Assembly (NCBI RefSeq): GCF_000010625.1
Contig: NC_010296.1
Span: 4,200,001-4,232,000, forward strand
Source of the DNA: Microcystis aeruginosa NIES-843
GTDB taxonomy: Bacteria; Cyanobacteriota; Cyanobacteriia; Cyanobacteriales; Microcystaceae
Reading direction: 5' to 3'
Length of the DNA: 32,000 nt
The position numbers and the translations under genes were made by a program. Each line of letters begins with the position of its first letter. The stretch's first letter is position 1. The notes beneath the pieces were generated by a model, which was not told where the DNA came from, made no database searches, and saw nothing but the letters and a program-made list of their open reading frames with translations. Positions 25,508 to 32,000 of this stretch are shown one piece after another.

Positions 25508-25723
25508 GGGTCTTTAAACAGAAAGACAGATTCGATTTACTTATAAATATAGCTTTTTCTGTTCCCAGTAGCTGGGTGCAATTAATTCGTAGATAGCTGG
25601 CGACATCTCGCTTGCAAGGGAGAATTTTGCCAGCATTAAGAAGATTTTCGTCTCTCAGCGATCGCCATTTACCAGAGACTTGTCAGACTAAATCCTGTTT
25701 AGACCGATAATTGAGAATAGTTA

Positions 25724-26035
25724 TACCAAATCCGGTTATTAAAAACTGATTATCTATTGCTCCTATTGCCTATTGCCTCTCCTGATATGTAGGGTTTGCT
25801 GAATAAATCTAAAAACCTTGTTGGGTAAAACTTTTAGACCTTTTGGCCATCAAAAAGTAATGGATCTGGGAGTGATCGGGGGAAAAATTCCTGGACTTTT
25901 TCCCTGAAAATTAGGTAATTGACCCCCTCAAAATCGGTAAAACCCTACACCCCACACCCCACACCCTACACCCTGCCCCCAGGAAAAACTTTTTGCCGCA
26001 AACCCTATGTAGCCTATACTCAACGGATTTAGTAT
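25724..26035 (-). mobile_element. MITE family 2 copy, split by insertion of a family 1 MITE
   Basis: 25724-25789 plus 26008-26035 together are collinear with the reverse complement of the intact copy at 10991-11098. Confidence 0.8.
25786..26011 (-). mobile_element. MITE family 1, full copy (core 25792-26005), flanked by the 6-bp direct repeat TATGTA and nested in family 2
   Basis: The reverse complement aligns along its full length with 19907-20118. TATGTA occurs at 25786-25791 and 26006-26011. The intact family 2 copy carries this hexamer once (TACATA, 11015-11020). Confidence 0.85.
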
Positions 26036-26096
26036 AAAAAAGGAATAGAGCCTGAAACTCTATTCCTGAATCAAAAATTGCAGTTAATTTTTAACC

Positions 26097-27347
26097 CTAT
26101 ACTACCGCAGAAGTCAAAGCTTCTTTGAGGATAGCGGCTTTATCGGTTTGTTCCCAGGGTAAATCGAGATCATTGCGACCAAAATGACCATAAGCGGCCA
26201 CATCTTGGTAAAAACGCTCGCCTCTTTCACTGGGTAAACCGCGCAGGTTAAAGGTTTGGATAATACCGGCCGGACGGAGTTCAAAGTATTTATTGATTAA
26301 GTCCAGAATCACATCATCAGCGACTTTGCCAGTGCCAAAGGTTTCCACGAAGAGACTCACCGGACGAGCTACCCCAATCGCATAACCCACTTGAATCTCG
26401 CACTTATCGGCCAAACCAGCAGCGACGATGTTTTTGGCCACATAACGGCAAGCATAGGCCGCGGAGCGATCGACTTTGGTAGGATCCTTACCGGAGAAAG
26501 CGCCGCCACCGTGACGAGAATAGCCACCGTAGGTATCGACGATAATTTTCCGTCCCGTTAATCCCGCGTCGCCTTGGGGTCCACCAATGACGAATTTTCC
26601 GGTGGGATTAACCAGATAACGGGTATTGGCATCGGGTTTAATCTCTAAATCGCTGAAGACCGGTTGTACTACCGCTTCCCAGAGATCACTTTTAATCTTT
26701 TGTTGGACGAGATCATTATCGGTGATATCGCCGATAGTAGCATCGTGTTGGGTAGAAACAAGGATAGTATCGATACCCACGGGACGACCATCTTCATAAA
26801 TGACCGATACTTGCGTTTTACCGTCGGGACGCAGATAGGACAGTTCACCCGTTTTTCTGACTGCCGCTAAACGGCGAGCGATGCGGTGGGCTAAACTAAT
26901 CGGTAAGGGCATAAATTCGGGGGTTTCATTGCAAGCGAAACCGAAGACAATACCCTGGTCTCCCGCACCAATTTTATCGAGTTCATCATTGCTGAGAAGT
27001 TCGCGATTTTCCTGAGCAGCCGTGACACCCTGGGAAATATCGGGAGATTGTTCGTCTAAAGCGACTAAAACGGTGCAACTATTCGAGGAAAAGCCGTTAT
27101 CTGCGTTGATATAGCCGATTTCAGCGATTTTCTTGCGAACTAAATCGACGAAATGAACCTGTGCTTTCGAGGTGATTTCACCAGTAATCAAGACTAACCC
27201 TGTATTGACAACCACTTCAGCCGCTACACGACTGTGGTCATCTTGGGATAACAGAGCATCGAGAATAGTATCAGAAATCTGGTCACAAATTTTATCGGGA
27301 TGTCCCTCTGTAACCGATTCGGAGGTGAACAAATAACGTTTAGACAA
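26097..27347 (-). CDS. metK: S-adenosylmethionine synthetase
   Basis: Motifs [18 protein letters not shown] and GGGAFSGKD are present. The start is assigned to the TTG at 27347 so that the N-terminus reads (M)[18 protein letters not shown]. The track ORF extends 112 codons further upstream with no MetK-like sequence. Confidence 0.92.
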   Translation of the reverse strand: MSKRYLFTSESVTEGHPDKICDQISDTILDALLSQDDHSRVAAEVVVNTGLVLITGEITSKAQVHFVDLVRKKIAEIGYINADNGFSSNSCTVLVALDEQSPDISQGVTAAQENRELLSNDELDKIGAGDQGIVFGFACNETPEFMPLPISLAHRIARRLAAVRKTGELSYLRPDGKTQVSVIYEDGRPVGIDTILVSTQHDATIGDITDNDLVQQKIKSDLWEAVVQPVFSDLEIKPDANTRYLVNPTGKFVIGGPQGDAGLTGRKIIVDTYGGYSRHGGGAFSGKDPTKVDRSAAYACRYVAKNIVAAGLADKCEIQVGYAIGVARPVSLFVETFGTGKVADDVILDLINKYFELRPAGIIQTFNLRGLPSERGERFYQDVAAYGHFGRNDLDLPWEQTDKAAILKEALTSAVV

Positions 27348-27672
27348 GTGATGTCCCTCACATGGTAGTACGTTTGAACGCAAAAAGATTCCAAGAAATC
27401 TTTGATCATACAGTGTAACAGGGAATTTGTAGAGATCGAGTATTTTCAATAAGAAACCGCCCGAACATTGTCCGGACGGAGTGTGGTGTGAGGAGTGAAC
27501 GGAAACTTTCGTCTCCGCTAATTCCATTGTAGATGACAACTTAGAATCTTGAGCGATTTGAAACAAACTAGCCCAAAAAATTTTTATTTCTTGAAGGGGT
27601 TGACTAATGCCCGATAGCCGTCTCGATGATGTAGCCTGATTAATAGAGGTCGCAGAGCTATACGGAAAGATT

Positions 27673-29994
27673 ATGACAGTCACAGCCGATTATTTAGAAC
27701 AACTCAATCCTTCCCAGCGCCTTGCTGTGGAGCATTTTTGCGGCCCCTTGTTGGTGGTTGCTGGAGCAGGATCGGGAAAAACTAGCGCTTTAACCTATCG
27801 TATCGCCCATTTGATCCGTCATCACGGGGTCGATCCGGAAAATATTCTCGCAGTCACTTTTACCAATAAGGCAGCCCGGGAAATGAAAACGAGAATTGAA
27901 AAAACTTTTGCTCAACAAAAAGCACAGGAAAAATACGGTCAAAGATTAGAACTTTTAGAAGAATACGAACAGAAAAAACTCTTTTCTCAAGTTTATCGGC
28001 ATTATACTAAAAAACTCTGGATTGGGACTTTTCACAGTCTTTGTGGTCGGATTTTGCGCTATGACATTAATAAATATCAGGATGAATATGGTCATAGTTG
28101 GCAAAGGAATTTTTCGATTATGGACGAGTCTGATGCCCAGAGTTTAGTAAAAAATATCGTCACTAAACAGATGAATTTAGACGATAAAAAATTTGATGCC
28201 CGCAATCTACGTTATGCGATTAGTAATGCCAAAAATTTAGGTTTAACACCCACAGATTACGCCAGAGAAAACCCTCATTTTCGGGGAAAGGTCATTTCTG
28301 AGGTTTATCAGGCTTATCAGATGCAATTGGCACAAAATAATGCCCTAGATTTTGATGATTTGATACTGGTTCCAGTCCGTCTTTTTCAGCAAAATGAATC
28401 TATTCTCGGTTATTGGCATACGCAATTTAAGCATATTTTAGTCGATGAATACCAAGACACTAACCGGATTCAGTACGAGTTAATTCGGCTTTTGTCCACC
28501 AATGGTGAAACGAAAAAAAGTGAGTGGAATTGGACGGATCGATCGATTTTTGTGGTGGGTGATGCCGACCAATCTATCTATAGTTTTCGGATGGCAGATT
28601 TTACTATTCTGCTCAATTTTCAAGCGGACTTTGGCGATGGTTTACCGGATGATGATACTCGCACGATGGTGAAACTACAGGAAAACTATCGTTCACGGGA
28701 AAATATTCTGCAAGCGGCAAATAAATTAATTGAAAAGAATAGTCAAAGAATCGATAAAGTCCTTGTTCCCACTAGAGAAGGAGGCGAGAGTATTTATGTT
28801 TTTAAAGCCAGAGATGAACAGGAAGAAGCAGCTTTTGTTATCGATAAAATTCGAGAATTTACCCAAGAAAACCCCGAATTAACTTGGGGTAGTTTTGCCA
28901 TTCTCTACCGAATTAATGCCCAATCTCGCCCCTTTGAAGATGGGTTAATTCGCAATAATATCCCCTATAATATTGTCGGGGGATTTAAATTTTATGATCG
29001 ACAGGAGATTAAAGATGCGATCGCTTATTTACGAGTGATTGCCAATCCTGCCGATACCGTTAGTTTACTGAGAATTATTAACACTCCCCGGCGCGGTATC
29101 GGTAAAACCACAATCGATAATTTGCTCAAAGCTGCCCAAGAATTAGGAGTACCTTTATGGGAAATTATCAGCGATGAAACTTCCGTTAATACTCTCGCCG
29201 GTCGTGCGACTAAAAGCATCAATAAGTTAGCTAAAATTATCCAAAACCTGCAAGAAAAAATCACCGATTTATCCGCTAGTGAAATCCTAGATCAAATCAT
29301 GGAAGATTCGGGATATATCGATGAGTTAAAACAGCAGGGAACCGAGGAAGCTGATACCCGCATCGAGAATATTCAAGAATTGTATAGCGCCGTCGTACAA
29401 TTCCAAGAAGAAAACGAAGAAACCAATCTCCAGGAATTTCTCGCTAGTGCTAGTTTAGCCTCGGATTTAGATAATCTTCAGGAAGGTCAAGAAAAAGTAT
29501 CGTTAATGACCCTTCATTCCGCCAAGGGTTTAGAGTTTCCTATCGTCTTTTTAGTCGGTTTAGAACAGGGCATTTTTCCCCATAATCGTAGTTTAAACGA
29601 TCCCATTGCTCTTGAGGAAGAACGCCGTTTGTGTTATGTGGGAGTGACTCGGGCCAAGGAACAATTATTTTTAACCTACGCAAAAGAAAGATATGTCTGG
29701 GGGAATAAAGAGATGAAGGTAGCTTCCCAATTTTTGCAGGAATTGCCCCCAGAATTGCTCACAAGCAACCTGAAACCGAAAAAGACCCCAAAAGTGGTTC
29801 CCATTCAAACAACTGCCTCTAATCAAAGAAAATGGGGCGTAGGCGATCGAGTGTTACACTCTACTTTTGGAGAAGGAGAAGTGACCCATATCCTCGGTGA
29901 GGGTAAAAAAATGAATCTAGCGGTCAAATTTTCGGGTTTAGGTCAGAAAATCATCGATCCTCGCACCGCACCCATGCAACTTATCCACGAATAG
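27673..29994 (+). CDS. pcrA: UvrD/PcrA-family ATP-dependent DNA helicase
   Basis: 773 aa with SF1 helicase motifs [30 protein letters not shown] and VGVTRAK. Confidence 0.93.
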   Translation: MTVTADYLEQLNPSQRLAVEHFCGPLLVVAGAGSGKTSALTYRIAHLIRHHGVDPENILAVTFTNKAAREMKTRIEKTFAQQKAQEKYGQRLELLEEYEQKKLFSQVYRHYTKKLWIGTFHSLCGRILRYDINKYQDEYGHSWQRNFSIMDESDAQSLVKNIVTKQMNLDDKKFDARNLRYAISNAKNLGLTPTDYARENPHFRGKVISEVYQAYQMQLAQNNALDFDDLILVPVRLFQQNESILGYWHTQFKHILVDEYQDTNRIQYELIRLLSTNGETKKSEWNWTDRSIFVVGDADQSIYSFRMADFTILLNFQADFGDGLPDDDTRTMVKLQENYRSRENILQAANKLIEKNSQRIDKVLVPTREGGESIYVFKARDEQEEAAFVIDKIREFTQENPELTWGSFAILYRINAQSRPFEDGLIRNNIPYNIVGGFKFYDRQEIKDAIAYLRVIANPADTVSLLRIINTPRRGIGKTTIDNLLKAAQELGVPLWEIISDETSVNTLAGRATKSINKLAKIIQNLQEKITDLSASEILDQIMEDSGYIDELKQQGTEEADTRIENIQELYSAVVQFQEENEETNLQEFLASASLASDLDNLQEGQEKVSLMTLHSAKGLEFPIVFLVGLEQGIFPHNRSLNDPIALEEERRLCYVGVTRAKEQLFLTYAKERYVWGNKEMKVASQFLQELPPELLTSNLKPKKTPKVVPIQTTASNQRKWGVGDRVLHSTFGEGEVTHILGEGKKMNLAVKFSGLGQKIIDPRTAPMQLIHE

Positions 29995-30160
29995 GCAATC
30001 ATCTGTAGGGTGGGTTAGGCAAAAATAAGTTATACTCTGACTGAAAATTGAGTATTCGCCGTAACCCACCAGATCAGCACATAGGTAATCATCTGTAGGG
30101 TGGGTTAGGCGAAAATAAGTTATACTCTGACTAGAAATTGAGTATTCGCCGTAACCCACC
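29991..30160. repeat. Two 80-bp direct repeat units (29991-30070 and 30081-30160), each an internal hairpin, with a 90-bp period
   Basis: The unit is ATAGG(C/T)AATCATCTGTAGGGTGGGTTAGGC(A/G)AAAATAAGTTATACTCTGACT(G/A)GAAA(A/-)TTGAGTATTCGCCGTAACCCACC. GGTGGGTTAGGC pairs with GCCGTAACCCACC. Unit 1 includes the helicase TAG, and unit 2 is followed by GGCTTTTTTC. Confidence 0.9.
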
Positions 30161-30459
30161 GGCTTTTTTCTCCCTATCTCCCCACTGATAACTGATTACT
30201 GTTCACTGATAACTGACACCCCCTGATTCCTCAACTCCGATCGCTACCTGCTGTTAGAATGGAGAATTGCGGTCAGACTGACGATAAAATTGAGAAGCTA
30301 AATCCTTGATTCTTAATAGTTGTTGAGAAACTTTCCGCCTACTATCGCAATTATCCGATAATATGGGCAACAGCGAGTTAGTCTATTCAGTCTGTTAAAA
30401 TTGACCCCCGTTGGTCGTATTCGCGCACTGTCTAACCTTAATGATGAGGATCAGTTAAT

Positions 30460-30891
30460 ATGGAATCAATGCAACCGACCGAGACCCAAAATCCGATTAG
30501 AACGGATTTACCCGGGTCTCTGAGCAAACCCAGCAGCAGCAGCACCGAACAGATTTGGTCTGAATATGTAGAACCAGTTTGGGATTCGGTGATGTCCTAT
30601 CTGGCTAACGTCCCCGATTATATCGGTAGTTTCTTCTCTGGATACAAAAAACCTTTAATCGTTCTGGGGGCAATTTTAGCCAGTTTTGTCACCGTGAAAG
30701 TTACCCTAGCGGTTTTAGATGCGATCGATGATATTCCCCTCCTTGCTCCTATCCTACAATTAGTTGGGATCGTTTACACTGGTTGGTTTGTCTGGCGCTA
30801 TCTGCTCAAAGATGAAAATCGCCGCGAGTTATTAGCCGAAATTGATGCACTAAAAGCGCAAGTTTTTGGCAGTCACAATAACCCTTTATAA
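30460..30891 (+). CDS. curT: CAAD-domain / CURVATURE THYLAKOID 1-like membrane protein
   Basis: 143 aa. Two adjacent TM helices are followed by an amphipathic C-terminus (LGAILASFVTVKVTLAVLDAIDDIPLLAPILQLVGIVYTGWFVWRYLLKDENRRELLAEIDALK), matching the CAAD/CurT pattern. Confidence 0.8.
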   Translation: MESMQPTETQNPIRTDLPGSLSKPSSSSTEQIWSEYVEPVWDSVMSYLANVPDYIGSFFSGYKKPLIVLGAILASFVTVKVTLAVLDAIDDIPLLAPILQLVGIVYTGWFVWRYLLKDENRRELLAEIDALKAQVFGSHNNPL

Positions 30892-30984
30892 GTGGGTGGG
30901 TGGAATTAAATATAAGATGAACGTAGGTTGGGTTGAAGCATGAAACCCAACGCCTAACCCATCCTACAAATAATTGTGCCTCCC
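30890..30984 (+). repeat. Repeat family 5, short variant
   Basis: Near-identical to 11844-11959 minus a ~20-bp segment. Its first bases overlap the curT TAA (30889-30891). Confidence 0.8.
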
Positions 30985-30988
30985 TACT

Positions 30989-31023
30989 TAGGGTTTGCTG
31001 AAAAACTTTTTCAGCAGACCCTA
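30989..31023. mobile_element. MITE family 1 derivative consisting only of the two terminal inverted repeats (35-bp hairpin)
   Basis: TAGGGTTTGCTGAAAAACTTTTTCAGCAGACCCTA consists of the left TIR joined almost directly to the right TIR. No clear target duplication is visible. Confidence 0.7.
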
Positions 31024-31303
31024 TATATGAACGGGAAAACAGAAATGACAGGGAAAAACGGATGGCTCTCTTATTCTTTGTGTGATAAGTTTAACTTATA
31101 TAGGAGCGTTCAATCTTTGTGTCCTTTGCGTCTTTGTGGTTCGTTCCACTCGCTCGCCAGCAGGACTGTATCTTAGAATATATTTTACCCACCAAACCCA
31201 AGAGAGCCAACGGATGCCAACAGAGAATTTATCAATCGATTAAGTTGAGTATGAGGGCTTTTCTCTCTATTCTAACTCTCCTCCTCTGACAGAAGAGGAA
31301 TAT

Positions 31304-31990
31304 CTAAGAGCTAATTTCACGACCGAGGTGGGCAAGCTTCTCTAGAACAGATTGAAGCAAAGATCGCCGCTGCTCGACGACAATATCTAAGTTAGCCAAC
31401 ATATACTTTACGTCTTTGTAGGCATTGTCCAGCAAGGTAAGTAATAATTCGCGATCGCCTGCGATGTCTTTTTCTGATGGGGTGCGGGTCCGTTGGGGTA
31501 ATAAGTCCGCTGGTGGAGAAGGAAGGGAGGGCGATCGCTCGGACTCTAGCTGTTGAATGGTTTGTTGTAAATTTTCAATCACCCCATACATTTCCATCGG
31601 GTCAAAAACCCTTAACAGACTGGTTTGTGTAACAATACCCAACCCCCGACCCCAGTTCCAAGAAACCACCAAACGCCCCACCCGCCGTTTTTGCATTTCC
31701 TGATGGGCTGTCCACAGGGAATCCTCGGGGCTGAGGAGAAATAACGGCGTACTCATCACCGTCTGGGCCCTAGTTTTGTGCAGATCGATTTGAACGGCTT
31801 GAAACTGGACAAGATCTCGCTCTGTCACAATACCAACCGGGCAGTCATTGTCTTCGGAATCTCGTTGGGTGATCACCACACAACTGACACGATGTTCAGC
31901 CATTAACTGGGCCAATTGCAAGACTGTGGCGGTGAGTGGGGCCTGTACCACTTGACTGGTCATCACATCGGATACGCGACGAAACCGCAA
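31304..31990 (-). CDS. CBS-domain pair protein with a C-terminal coiled-coil-like region. The 5' end is unresolved.
   Basis: Two CBS motifs are present (VSDVMTSQVV...VSCVVITQ; VMSTPLFLL...VGRLVVS). The track start is a TTG at 31990, and the frame remains open to the window edge (32000), so the true start may lie outside. Confidence 0.8.
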   Translation of the reverse strand: MRFRRVSDVMTSQVVQAPLTATVLQLAQLMAEHRVSCVVITQRDSEDNDCPVGIVTERDLVQFQAVQIDLHKTRAQTVMSTPLFLLSPEDSLWTAHQEMQKRRVGRLVVSWNWGRGLGIVTQTSLLRVFDPMEMYGVIENLQQTIQQLESERSPSLPSPPADLLPQRTRTPSEKDIAGDRELLLTLLDNAYKDVKYMLANLDIVVEQRRSLLQSVLEKLAHLGREISS

Positions 31991-32000
31991 TAGATTGGCC

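Noticed and set aside
27348-27683. 528-aa long form of MetK
   Set aside because: The extra 112 residues have no MetK or other protein-like character and would overlap the divergent helicase start. The conserved N-terminus aligns to the TTG at 27347.
29938-30159. Minus-strand 73-aa ORF with an internally duplicated peptide (GYGEYSI.SQSITYF.LTHPTDD)
   Set aside because: The internal duplication simply reflects the two 80-bp DNA repeat units. There is no start context or homology.
30976-31176. Plus-strand 66-aa ORF
   Set aside because: It starts inside repeat family 5, crosses the family 1 hairpin and continues into 8-mer-like CACAAAG-type repeats. It is not protein-like.

Overview
The window looks like an AT-rich cyanobacterial chromosome segment. 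HIP1 (GCGATCGC) is strongly over-represented, STRR-like heptamer arrays are present, and the genes include chlD, menB, curT/CAAD and an RRM-type rbp. The repeat load suggests a Microcystis-like unicellular cyanobacterium, but that is inference only. I support about 25 protein-coding genes, mostly housekeeping: TldD/PmbA, chlD, ispD, menB, rbp, dedA, pyrR, an amidase, peptide-type ABC components, metK, pcrA/uvrD, curT and a CBS protein. There is also one tnpB-only IS200/IS605-type element and a hicB-like pseudogene remnant. The most striking property is a very dense population of small non-autonomous repeats: at least 6 MITE or hairpin families in at least 18 copies, plus heptamer and octamer arrays. 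These fill almost every intergenic region, repeatedly start at or overlap stop codons, and in one case nest inside one another. I found no coherent multi-gene novel system (no cas genes, reverse transcriptase, defence island, prophage or biosynthetic cluster). No tRNA, rRNA or recognisable riboswitch was seen by eye. The observations most worth follow-up are: (1) a 28-bp perfect palindrome present twice with compensatory arm changes, each time flanked by a direct duplication of the target (48 bp and 11 bp); (2) a zinc-finger-less TnpB with an intact D-E-D triad, inserted 75 bp upstream of a permease gene; (3) a MITE family with 6-bp target duplications, an empty-site comparator in the same window and a G-quadruplex-type (GGGGTGT)n core; (4) repeat elements that supply stop codons or C-termini to genes; (5) an uncharacterised, translationally coupled lipoprotein plus 296-aa gene pair.
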